This document shows, one piece after another, positions 19,983 through 31,404 of a DNA stretch of 64,000 nucleotides. Source of the DNA: Limisphaerales bacterium (GTDB lineage: Bacteria > Verrucomicrobiota > Verrucomicrobiia > Limisphaerales > AAA164-E04); the NCBI GenBank assembly GCA_965227305.1, contig OZ245740.1, positions 10,264,497-10,328,496 on the forward strand, written 5' to 3'. The notes beneath the pieces were generated by a model. It did no database searches, was not told where the DNA came from, and saw nothing but the letters and a program-made list of their open reading frames with translations. Made by a program: the position numbers and the translations under genes. The stretch's first letter is position 1. Every line of letters begins with the position of its first letter.

Positions 19983-22900
19983 GTGCTGTTTGCCTCTAGA
20001 CCATCTCATGTCGCGCCCTTCCGGAATTGGATTGCGGTGCTGGTAGGGGTGTTTTTGGGGGCGGACGGCTCGAATCTAATCGGGGAGGAGTTGGGACCTG
20101 GGACTTTCTCCGGTTTGCTGGGGAATGTGCATCATGCCGGGGTGTTCGATTTGGTTGAGTCGTCCGAAGGCCGGCTCGTCGGTGAATTCCGGACGGTGGG
20201 GACGACCCCCGCGCGGGATTTTTCCTGGGAAGCGTCCATAGAAATCGAGGCCCAGGAGGATGGAAGTTGGACATTGCGTTTTCAGGGGAGTCCGGTGTTT
20301 GCAGATGACCAATGCTCCCTGCGCCAATTCGAAACACCGTGCGGCATGGCTTGGATGGGGGCTTTCTCCTACCCCTCGGACGGCCACATCTTTTCGGGGC
20401 GGGTGGGGATCTGGTTGGACCGCAGTCTGAATCCCAAGGAATTGGCCTGCCGTCCGCGAGTCTCTCCCCAGCTTGAAATCCGGGGAGGCGGACGTTTTCG
20501 ACGTTGGGGGTCGGAGCCGGTTGGTTTGGCGAGTGATTCGACCCGTTCCATGTTCGTGGCCTCGGACGGCTACCTCTGGATTGGGACTACCGATGGAATC
20601 TCACGTTTTGACGGCCTGACTTGGAAGACCTTCAACCCGGATACCGCGCCGTCCTTGCCCGGATGGAACTGTCGCGGCTTGAGCGAAGATGCTGAGGGGA
20701 ATTTGATCGTGATGCTCAAACACCACGGGTTTTTTCGCCATCGGGCCGGGGTGTGGGAACCTTTCGCTTGCAATCCCTACCTGGAAAATACGGTGCCTGG
20801 TGGCTTGAGTCGGGATGAGTCCGGGAATCTGTGGTTTTCGTATGACTCAGATCGAATCGGACGCATCGACCCTCAAGAGCGTCTCACCAGTTGGGGGGCA
20901 GAAGAACTTGTGTTGCTTCGTGACCCGGATGCGTCCCACCTGAATCGGATACACCATGTGGGACAATTCATGGATGGTGCCGTGGTGAGTACGCCGCAGG
21001 GAATCCGGCCAGTGGATCTTAGCGGAGAGAGGCTGCCCTATTGGATCGAACCGCGAGCGGGGGATCTGGCGTGGGTCCACAACGCTTCTGACGGGACGCT
21101 CTGGGTGACTTCCTTGAGTGTCGTCATTCACTACGATACCGACGGACGAGTGATCGACGTCTACTTTCCTAGGCCTCACACCGGTACGCTTCGATGCGCC
21201 TTTCCGCGTCGCAACGGTGGGCTTTGGGTGATTGGGAGCCGAGGGCTGTTTCTAATGCCGAGTCCTTCTCGAATTGTGCACTTTTCCGATTTTCCTGAGG
21301 AGATGTGTCATGCGGTGACGAAGGTATTTGAAGGCGAAGGTGGAAGTATTTGGATGGCGAATGGGGGGCATGGCTTGTGTTCGTTCCAACCCTTCGCGGT
21401 AGAACCAACCTCACTTCCGGAGTCGTCAGACGCTGAGCGGAATGTGCATACGCGGACGGTGAGTCTTGGATTGGATCACCGGGGTGCCCCGATGGTCGCA
21501 CGGCGAGCGATGGTTTCTGGGCTTGAGGAATCGGGCTGGAGTCTGCCGGAGACTCAGAAGGGGCTTGAGCATCGAGCGGTGGGTGCGGGCAGTGTTCGGG
21601 AACCAGACGTGTGGTGGGCTGGCGTGGTTCCTCGGCTGGATCATCGTGAACGAGCGATTCAAGGGGAGGTGCCCACACCCATCCCCGTCGCTGCTCGGAT
21701 TGAGGGGGACCGCGTTTCCTATATCACAATGTCGTCGCTTCCACTGGGGCTGCGGGACGTGAGGTCGTTACTGTGGGTCGAAGGTTCGGGAGTGTGGTTG
21801 GGGACTGACGAAGGCCTTTTGGTTTGCAGACCTGAGGAGGAACCGGTGTGGAGCGGTGGTGTTGATCTGCCTCAATTTCCCATCACGGCGATGGTTTCGG
21901 GAAAGGACGGTCGGGTTTGGGTGGCGAGCTCGGAACAGGGTTTGTACCGGGTGTCGACTGAAACGGGAATCGTAGATCGTTACAGCGTCGAGGATGGCGC
22001 ACTGCCGTCGAACCGTTTGGCGAGCCTGTCATGGGCCCGCGATGGAAGTCTTTGGTGCGCCGGGCCGGATGGTGTGTTTGCGTTTGACCCGGCGGTGGAA
22101 CGCGCGGTAGCCGTGCTAACGGGGAATTTAAGTGCATCCGTTCATAGTGTGCTGGAAGACCGAGACGGGAATCTCTGGGCGGGGGTGGCCTCCGGAGTTT
22201 TTGCTTTGCCTGCCGAGCGGGTTCGGCAATGGCGGTCGGATCCAACGGGCGAGTTGGTTTGGTTCCGCTTTGGCCTCTATGACGGGTTCTCAAATCCATC
22301 GGCGGAATCCGGATACTCCCCGGGGATGGTGCAATCGAAGGATGGAACGGTCTATATTTGCATGCACAATGAGCTGATGCAGTTTGAACCGGACGCGCTC
22401 TTGCAGACGCTGTCGGCGGGACCGCAAATGAAAATGGAGGCGATTGGGGACGGGGAAACCAAGGTTTGGCAGGCCGAGGTGGGGATGCGTCCGGAGAGCC
22501 CGAAGATTGTGCTGGAGTCGGGCGCGGGAGATCATGTGCGAATCGACTTTGGCTCGCTCTACTTCTCGGAGCCCGAGTTGTTGAAATTTCGGTATCGTTT
22601 GGCGAATCGGTCTTCGGCTTGGACTGAGATCGAGAATCAGCGATCGGTCTGGCTCTTTGACCTTGCGCCGGGTGATTACGAGTTTGAGGTTGAAGGGTGG
22701 GACAAGAATAACGTTTTCAGTCCGGAGCCGGCTCGCTTGCAGTTTCAGGTGTTGCCTCATTTTTATCAGACCGGGATCTTTCGTCTGGGGGGCATGCTTG
22801 GGATTCTGGCCTTGGGTTACGGGGTTCATCGCTCGCGTATCCGCAGGACGCTTCGGGAAGAGGACTTAAAGGCGCGGCTGCGGCTGGAGGCGGATCGGCG

Positions 22901-23519
22901 ACGGATCGCGCATGACGTGCACGACGAAATCGGCGCGAGTTTTGCACAGATGAAGATCTTGGGCGAACTCGTGGAGCAGGGACGTACGAAAGGGCAAGCG
23001 ATCAACGATACGGTTTCCCGAATTGTGACCCTGGCTCGGGGCGGGTCACAAACGTTGCGTGAGATCTTGTGGGCCCTGCAGGCCGGTGGCGGTGTGGAGG
23101 AGGAACTGCCGGAGTTTTTGGGAAGCACTTTGGAGGATCTGTTTGATGGATCCGGTATTCGCTTTGTTTATCAGCAAGAATGGTCGGGGGAAATTCCTAC
23201 CTTGAGTCCCTCGTTTAAGCGAGATCTGGTTCTGGTTGCGAAAGGGGTGGCGAGCAATGTGATACGGCATTCAGAGGCCAAAGTTTTCCGTTGTGAGCTA
23301 TTCGGTGAAGGGCCACGTGTGAGGCTACGTTTTGTGGATGACGGGATAGGGTTTGATCCCCAAGCGGTGAGAGGTGACTCGCTTGGGATGCAGTCGATCC
23401 GGGAACGCGTGGCGCGTTGGGATGGGACCTTTGCTTTGGAGACGGCTGCTGACAGGGGAGTGCGGATCGATGTCTCGCTCGACTCGCGGGCGAGCGACGA
23501 TGCGAATTCGCTTTCGTGA
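19983..23519 (+). CDS. Sensor histidine kinase: two-component regulator propeller + Y_Y_Y + HisKA_3/HATPase
   Basis: DGYLWIGT-type propeller repeats, FRYRL...LAPGDYEFEV, a TM helix, RRRIAHDVHDEIG, DDGIGFD. Confidence 0.9.
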   Translation: MLFASRPSHVAPFRNWIAVLVGVFLGADGSNLIGEELGPGTFSGLLGNVHHAGVFDLVESSEGRLVGEFRTVGTTPARDFSWEASIEIEAQEDGSWTLRFQGSPVFADDQCSLRQFETPCGMAWMGAFSYPSDGHIFSGRVGIWLDRSLNPKELACRPRVSPQLEIRGGGRFRRWGSEPVGLASDSTRSMFVASDGYLWIGTTDGISRFDGLTWKTFNPDTAPSLPGWNCRGLSEDAEGNLIVMLKHHGFFRHRAGVWEPFACNPYLENTVPGGLSRDESGNLWFSYDSDRIGRIDPQERLTSWGAEELVLLRDPDASHLNRIHHVGQFMDGAVVSTPQGIRPVDLSGERLPYWIEPRAGDLAWVHNASDGTLWVTSLSVVIHYDTDGRVIDVYFPRPHTGTLRCAFPRRNGGLWVIGSRGLFLMPSPSRIVHFSDFPEEMCHAVTKVFEGEGGSIWMANGGHGLCSFQPFAVEPTSLPESSDAERNVHTRTVSLGLDHRGAPMVARRAMVSGLEESGWSLPETQKGLEHRAVGAGSVREPDVWWAGVVPRLDHRERAIQGEVPTPIPVAARIEGDRVSYITMSSLPLGLRDVRSLLWVEGSGVWLGTDEGLLVCRPEEEPVWSGGVDLPQFPITAMVSGKDGRVWVASSEQGLYRVSTETGIVDRYSVEDGALPSNRLASLSWARDGSLWCAGPDGVFAFDPAVERAVAVLTGNLSASVHSVLEDRDGNLWAGVASGVFALPAERVRQWRSDPTGELVWFRFGLYDGFSNPSAESGYSPGMVQSKDGTVYICMHNELMQFEPDALLQTLSAGPQMKMEAIGDGETKVWQAEVGMRPESPKIVLESGAGDHVRIDFGSLYFSEPELLKFRYRLANRSSAWTEIENQRSVWLFDLAPGDYEFEVEGWDKNNVFSPEPARLQFQVLPHFYQTGIFRLGGMLGILALGYGVHRSRIRRTLREEDLKARLRLEADRRRIAHDVHDEIGASFAQMKILGELVEQGRTKGQAINDTVSRIVTLARGGSQTLREILWALQAGGGVEEELPEFLGSTLEDLFDGSGIRFVYQQEWSGEIPTLSPSFKRDLVLVAKGVASNVIRHSEAKVFRCELFGEGPRVRLRFVDDGIGFDPQAVRGDSLGMQSIRERVARWDGTFALETAADRGVRIDVSLDSRASDDANSLS

Positions 23520-23562
23520 TCTTTGTTGCCTGAGTCTGTGATTTGGTTCCGAATGCATTTCC

Positions 23563-23624
23563 ACCACCCTTTCGGGTGATTTTTCTTTCGAATTCTAGGG
23601 GGCAATATCACGAAATCGGGCGAT
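23563..23624. promoter_or_regulatory. Two ATCAC-N8-GTGAT-like inverted repeats (candidate response-regulator sites)
   Basis: ACCAC-CCTTTCGG-GTGAT (23563-23580) and ATCAC-GAAATCGG-GCGAT (23607-23624), starts 44 bp apart, upstream of the response regulator. Confidence 0.45.
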
Positions 23625-23793
23625 TTGCTTTTTCGGACACTTGAAACACTGGGCTCTCACACAGGTTTTTGTCATTTGGCCGGTTCTGGGTCTCGGGGCG
23701 GAATGATCCCGTGTTGGAAAACGTGGTCGGTGGCTGCTTTGGAAGTAACGCTTGAATCTACAATTGAGAAAACTGTAAAAGCGGCGGGAAGCA

Positions 23794-24456
23794 ATGAGTA
23801 GTGGTGATCAGGGAGTGATTCGGGTGGCAATGTTGGAGGATGATTCCTCTTACATTGACACCATGCGCTTGGTCATTGAGACGGACCCTCAGTTGGTCTT
23901 TGTAGCCGCCTTTCGCAATCCGGTGCGTTTTCTCAACGCGGTGGCCGACTTGGATGTGGACGTATTGCTCTTGGATATCAATCTCCCCAAGATCACGGGA
24001 ATCGAATGCATCCGATCCTTCAAGGAGCTCAAACCCGCGGCTCGGGTTGTCATGTTGACCGTGGAGATTCGGCGGGAGAGTGTGTTGGAAGCTTTTGTGA
24101 ACGGGGCGGACGGTTACCTGCTCAAGGACGCCTCGCCGGAACAGATCGGTGATGGCATTCGCGAGGCTTGTGATGACGGTGTTCCGATGTCTCCCTCCAT
24201 CGCTCGCTTAGTTGTGGGGATGTTGAAGCGCATCGAATCCGAGAAGCTGAAGCGACTCCCGAATTCGGATGCCGTGAATCAATTGACGAGTCGGGAACGA
24301 GAGGTGCTGACGATCCTGGCGGACGGTCTCAAGTATGCAGAGATCGCATCGCGCATGGAGGTCTCGTTGGATACCGTGAAGAGCCATGTGCGCTCGATCT
24401 ATAAGAAGCTAGGGGCTCGGAACCGGGCCGAGGCGGTGAATCATCTCCTTCGGTAA
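23794..24456 (+). CDS. NarL/FixJ family response regulator (REC + LuxR HTH)
   Basis: EDD, LLDINLP, GYLLK, LTSREREVL...TVKSHVRSIYKKLG. Confidence 0.93.
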   Translation: MSSGDQGVIRVAMLEDDSSYIDTMRLVIETDPQLVFVAAFRNPVRFLNAVADLDVDVLLLDINLPKITGIECIRSFKELKPAARVVMLTVEIRRESVLEAFVNGADGYLLKDASPEQIGDGIREACDDGVPMSPSIARLVVGMLKRIESEKLKRLPNSDAVNQLTSREREVLTILADGLKYAEIASRMEVSLDTVKSHVRSIYKKLGARNRAEAVNHLLR

Positions 24457-24462
24457 ACAACC

Positions 24463-24512
24463 AAAAAGGAAGTCCCTCCTGAGCGTCTTCGGGACGCACC
24501 AGTAGGGACTTT
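24463..24512. terminator. Hairpin between the convergent response regulator and katG
   Basis: AAGTCCCT...AGGGACTT outer stem with an inner GCGTC-TTCGG-GACGC hairpin, preceded by AAAAA (U-tract on the minus strand). Confidence 0.55.
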
Positions 24513-24545
24513 ATCCGCCAGTTTTGTTCCGTGTTGGGTTTGGCT

Positions 24546-27014
<2,469 letters not shown>

Positions 27015-27036
27015 GAATGAAGAACGGTAGAATTCG

Positions 27037-27909
27037 ATGACATTTCGCGACTTGGAATATCTGGTAGCCGTGGCGGAGTGGTCTCACTTCGGTCGCGCGG
27101 CAGAGGCGTGTCATGTGAGCCAAAGCGCCCTGAGTCTCCAACTACAGAAGCTGGAGCACGAGGTCGGGGCGCAGCTTGTGGAGCGCACGAGTCGCCGGGT
27201 GGTCATCACGGAAACCGGCAAGGAAGTCGTTCGGCGGGCCAAAGAGCTATTGCAAGGACAGCAGGAATTGTTGGATGCGGCGCGACATTTTCAGAGCGGT
27301 CTTCCGGAGCGGGTAAGGATTGCGGCCATCCCGACGATCGCGCCGTACCAGTTTGCACGGCTGCAGGGGGAGTTTCAGAAACGGTTCCCTCAGGTGTCTC
27401 CCTTGTTTGACGAAGAAACAACCGAGCGATTGATTGCCGCCGTCGTGGAAGGCGATTTTGAAGTCGGGGTTCTGGCGACCCCGTGTGAGCATCCGTTGAT
27501 CGAAGCGATGCCTCTTTTTGAGGAGCCATTCTACTTGGCAGTGCCCGCACGACATGCGTTGGCGAAGAAGAAAACGGTATCTCCCAAAGACTTTGCGGGG
27601 GAACGCCTGTTGGTGTTGAAAGATACGCACTGTCTCCGGACCCAGGTCTTGGCGTTTTGTTCGGCGAACAAAGTGGTGGGCAACGAAAATACCGCGGCGG
27701 CCAATATCGCGACCCTGCTTGCGCTGGTCCGTTCGAATGGGGGCGTGACCTTGATTCCCGATATGGCTACGGGAAACGAGTCGAATCTGCGAGGGATCCG
27801 TTGTCTCCCGGTCTCGCCCGCTCCGAGTCGCCAGCTTCAGGTGATCTTTCGTAAGACGTCCCGTGTTGGACGCCGCCTGGCGGAAGCGGTCGCAGCGTGC
27901 TTCAGTTGA
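27037..27909 (+). CDS. oxyR: LysR-family hydrogen peroxide-sensing regulator
   Basis: HFGRAAEACHVSQ HTH; HCLRTQVLAFC retains both redox cysteines; divergent from katG. Confidence 0.88.
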   Translation: MTFRDLEYLVAVAEWSHFGRAAEACHVSQSALSLQLQKLEHEVGAQLVERTSRRVVITETGKEVVRRAKELLQGQQELLDAARHFQSGLPERVRIAAIPTIAPYQFARLQGEFQKRFPQVSPLFDEETTERLIAAVVEGDFEVGVLATPCEHPLIEAMPLFEEPFYLAVPARHALAKKKTVSPKDFAGERLLVLKDTHCLRTQVLAFCSANKVVGNENTAAANIATLLALVRSNGGVTLIPDMATGNESNLRGIRCLPVSPAPSRQLQVIFRKTSRVGRRLAEAVAACFS

Positions 27910-27967
27910 GGCTGAAGCGAAGGGAGCCGGCTATGGAACAACAGGATGCTCCGTCTGAGTTCCCAGG

Positions 27968-28061
27968 GGTAGGGCGAGCGTACTCGCGAGCCGTTGGGCA
28001 AGAGCCGGGGACGCGAACACCGTAGGCTCAGAGGGACCCTATTGATGGCAACGGCTCGCGG
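27968..28061. repeat. Family A REPIN with truncated right arm
   Basis: Full left arm and loop; the right arm stops after CAACGGCTCGCGG. Confidence 0.85.
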
Positions 28062-28066
28062 TGGTC

Positions 28067-28149
28067 AAAGCGACAGCTCCGCTCTCGCACTCCAAATTTC
28101 GTCCGAAAATCGAGCGGTTTTTGGAGTGCGAGAGCGAAGCTGTCGCTTT
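28067..28149. repeat. REP-like inverted pair (family B, GGAGTGCG type)
   Basis: AAAGCGACAGCTCCGCTCTCGCACTCCAAA...TTTGGAGTGCGAGAGCGAAGCTGTCGCTTT. Confidence 0.8.
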
Positions 28150-28510
28150 CACACTCTCTTACCTGCAGGGCGAAAAGGGCTTTTTACACGGTCTGGTAAG
28201 TTCATGGCGCTGTGCAAATCTCACTCAGAATCGAGGGGCTGGTTTTTGGTACTACGGCTATTTGAGTAATAGTGACGATTTTCGATACTTTTTGGATTCG
28301 TACAGATGGGCGGTTCAGAGCTACTAGCGCGCTGCTAGAGTTCTCTTGAGCGCTGGTAGCGTCGGATTGTTGCTCCGTGTTTACGGGGTTTCATCTCGTT
28401 CTTGCTCTTTTCATTGTGTCTCTACTTGGTGGTTAAGTTGTTGGTAGGGAGTTGCTTATGTTTGCTGGTGTGGACGTTTCTTAGCTCGGTGGTTCGGTGC
28501 TATTGCGGCG

Positions 28511-28527
28511 TTGGTACGGCTTTCGCT
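28511..28527 (+). promoter_or_regulatory. Putative sigma54 (-24/-12) promoter
   Basis: TTGGTACGGCTTTCGCT has GG-N10-GC spacing. An IHF-like site lies at 28434-28446 (TACCAACAACTTA on the minus strand, 1 mismatch to WATCAANNNNTTR). Confidence 0.6.
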
Positions 28528-28595
28528 TTAGAGGAGTAGATGAGCTCCTATAACGAGGGAGCGGTCTAGATATTAACACCGAAGCGAGAGAACGA

Positions 28596-29201
28596 ATGAT
28601 GAGACGATTGAAGGTGCGAGTTGAGTCCGTAATCGGAACCCTGTTACTGCTGAACTGGATGGCCGTTCATACTGGATTTGCGGCTTGTCCGAATCAACTG
28701 AGCCCGAAGTGCGAAACCATTAGGGGCGAATATCTGTCGGACTATGCGGGTGAGTATTTTTCTCGCGTCATGAATCAGCCCACTTGTGTGCCCGTGTATG
28801 GTGGCAACGGTCTCACGGGGCGCCGGATCATCGGGTATCACGAACGTGAAGGAGGTCCCATCGTGGCCTTGAAGGAGTGTATCAGCGATCGGAAACAGAG
28901 CTTTTATGCCAAGGAGACGCTTTTTCGATCTGTGGCGGCCACCTTGGCGGTGAGTGCTTTCAATTCCTATTTGGTTCGAGTTGCGGCCTGTAATGCGGAT
29001 GGGGTGATGGAGGGAGTTGATTCTGGGGCGGATTGTTCGACGAATGCCAAAGAGCAGTGGACGGATGAAGTGGCTGGGATTCTGGTAGAGCGGGATAATA
29101 AGATTCGGAATGCGGCTTCGGATGCGGATGATGGGATTGATTCCTGCATCTCGAACTACGGCGGTTGGACCGGAGAATGCGCGAAACGGTATGGGGCCTA
29201 G
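28596..29201 (+). CDS. Hypothetical secreted Cys-rich protein
   Basis: 201 aa, signal-peptide-like N-terminus ending GFA, 8 Cys in the mature part; no family recognised. Confidence 0.7.
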   Translation: MMRRLKVRVESVIGTLLLLNWMAVHTGFAACPNQLSPKCETIRGEYLSDYAGEYFSRVMNQPTCVPVYGGNGLTGRRIIGYHEREGGPIVALKECISDRKQSFYAKETLFRSVAATLAVSAFNSYLVRVAACNADGVMEGVDSGADCSTNAKEQWTDEVAGILVERDNKIRNAASDADDGIDSCISNYGGWTGECAKRYGA

Positions 29202-29230
29202 CGGGGAAACAATCCAAGGAACGGTTCGAG

Positions 29231-29887
29231 ATGAAAGTGATCAAGTACTCGATACTGGTGTATGTGGCATTGGCAGCCCTCATCTTCCTCGTCATCTATT
29301 TGGCGGCGGCTCCCCGAGTGGGCGCGCCAGCTGTGCCGGTGGCTCCGCCGGTTGTGGCAAGCGCCACGGTTGATTCGGTGGAGCGAGTGAATGAGGAACT
29401 GCGAGCCGTTCGCCAGGAGACCGAGCAGTTGCGAAGATTGATGTGGGGGGCGACTGGGAAGAACCAGCGGGAGATTGAATCGCTTCGAAGTGCTTTGGCA
29501 GATGGGCCACAACGGGATCCAGCCCGGTCGATTACGGCTTGGGCACCGGCCCGTGAAGCTTCCGGTTATTCCGATGCTGGGTGGTCCGAAGAGGGGGAAG
29601 CGAGTGGGAGCTGGGCTGCGACTCGTGCCCGTCTGGTAACTCCCGAGTTGGAGGCCTTTGAAGCGATTCTGACCGAGGAGCAGCGGACCAATTGGACGGA
29701 ACGGGTTGAGGCCCAGGTGCAAAGCACCCACGACGATGCTCTTTCAAGGATCCCCGAAGAATTGCGGGGAGCCGTGGAAGCGGAGATGCAAGCCGGTATG
29801 GATGAGTTCCGGGATGTGATCAAATACAGCGTGCTGGACCAGATGCTGACCGAGGTGAAACTGCGCGACGTGTTGGAAGGCCGATAG
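29231..29887 (+). CDS. Hypothetical membrane-anchored coiled-coil protein
   Basis: N-terminal TM helix, Pro/Ala linker, coiled coil, acidic helical C-terminus; AAGGA RBS-like motif upstream. Confidence 0.7.
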   Translation: MKVIKYSILVYVALAALIFLVIYLAAAPRVGAPAVPVAPPVVASATVDSVERVNEELRAVRQETEQLRRLMWGATGKNQREIESLRSALADGPQRDPARSITAWAPAREASGYSDAGWSEEGEASGSWAATRARLVTPELEAFEAILTEEQRTNWTERVEAQVQSTHDDALSRIPEELRGAVEAEMQAGMDEFRDVIKYSVLDQMLTEVKLRDVLEGR

Positions 29888-29986
29888 GCGTGTTAAGCCC
29901 GCGCCGCTCGGGTGTCTTTGAGCTTGTCTCAAGGGCACCCGAGGCCGGCGTTGGTAGCCTGGGTGCCGGCAAACTGAGTGATGGCC

Positions 29987-31246
29987 TTAGAGCACTCGAC
30001 CCCAAATGAGTTTGAGGTAGCGACTTTCCGGACAGTTGGAGAGGTTGGGGTGATCCACTCCGGCTCCGGTACGATTGAAGATCTGGAGACGACGGCCCCG
30101 TCGGTGCACGGCTCGGATCACGTGTTTTTCGAAGAGATCGGCCGAGAGCTGTCCGGAGCACGAGCAGGTGACTAGGAGTCCGCCCGGCTCAAGGACGTCC
30201 ACGGCGAGTGAGTTGAGGTCCTCGTATTTACGAATCCCGATCTGAAATTCTTCTTCATCACGGCTGTCGATGAGCTTGGGCGGATCCAGCACGATCACGT
30301 CCCAGCGTCGTCCGTTTTCTTGCATCTGTCGCAGCCATGAGAAGGCGTCGCAGTGGACCCAATCAATGCGCTGTTGGTTGAGGTTCGCATTGCGTCGGGC
30401 TTGGGCGATGGCTTTTTCGTCCAGGTCCACGCCGGTGACCTCTGCGGCTTGGCCCAGCATGGAGGCACAGAGCGAGAAACCGCCCGTGTAGCAACACACG
30501 TCCGCGACTCGTTTGCCTCGGACGAGCGTGCTAAGGAGGAGGCGGTTGTCTCGCTGATCACAGAAGAAGCCGGTCTTGTGTCCCTCTTGGAAATTGACCT
30601 CGTAGCGGATGCCGTGTTCTTGGAACTTGATGGGCCGGAGTGTGGTTTTAGGGATATCGGCTGGGTTAATCCCTTCGAGGCGGGCAATCTCGGGTTCGAC
30701 GCGGATGAGGGCCTTGGTGGTGCCAAGGCGATCGTGGATCTTGGGGAGCCAGCGATGGATGCGTTGAAAGATGCCTAAACTGTGAATGTCGACCACGAGG
30801 GCATCGACGTATTTGTCGATGATCAATCCACTCAAGCCATCCGCATCGGAATGGATCACGCGGAAGGCGTCTTGAGTTTTGCCGAGATCGAAGACTTCCG
30901 TGCGGAGATCCAAAGCCCGGTCGATGGCGATTTCGAAGTGGCTTTCATCAATGTCGTCCTCGCCGTGATGGATGACGCGGAGGGGGACTTTGGCACTGGG
31001 GTTGTAGAGTCCGTGGCCGAAGCGGCCGCCTTCCTTATCGTAGACCCGGATCAAGCCGCCGGGCTGGGCGGCCTCGGAAACGGCTGCGATCATGTTGGGG
31101 TAAACCGCCGGAGCAAAGCTCCAGTATTTGATTTGCGCCCAGGCGCCGTGGCGATCCGGAAAGGCATCCGGTGCCACGACTTTCTTGTGCATCCCTGGTG
31201 AAAAGGGCCGCTGGCGGCGCTTGCCGCGTTCAAATCTTTTATTCAT
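29987..31246 (-). CDS. RlmI-like class I SAM-dependent rRNA methyltransferase
   Basis: HSDADGLSGLIIDKY, GHKTGFFCDQRDNR, DVCCYTGGF, IVLDPP, TCSCS, DHP, YLK. Confidence 0.85.
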   Translation of the reverse strand: MNKRFERGKRRQRPFSPGMHKKVVAPDAFPDRHGAWAQIKYWSFAPAVYPNMIAAVSEAAQPGGLIRVYDKEGGRFGHGLYNPSAKVPLRVIHHGEDDIDESHFEIAIDRALDLRTEVFDLGKTQDAFRVIHSDADGLSGLIIDKYVDALVVDIHSLGIFQRIHRWLPKIHDRLGTTKALIRVEPEIARLEGINPADIPKTTLRPIKFQEHGIRYEVNFQEGHKTGFFCDQRDNRLLLSTLVRGKRVADVCCYTGGFSLCASMLGQAAEVTGVDLDEKAIAQARRNANLNQQRIDWVHCDAFSWLRQMQENGRRWDVIVLDPPKLIDSRDEEEFQIGIRKYEDLNSLAVDVLEPGGLLVTCSCSGQLSADLFEKHVIRAVHRRGRRLQIFNRTGAGVDHPNLSNCPESRYLKLIWGRVL

Positions 31247-31404
31247 TCGGTCCCGCTTGGGGTCATCCACGGGCTTACAGTTCCAAGATTTTGAGTGCAA
31301 GTAAAGCCGTCGCGTCGTTTCGCTGGCGAGATCCGCTCGACGAGTGGCTGGCAATGGACTAGGAATCAGGGCATCCCAGCCGTTTTTAAAACCATTGTAT
31401 TGCT

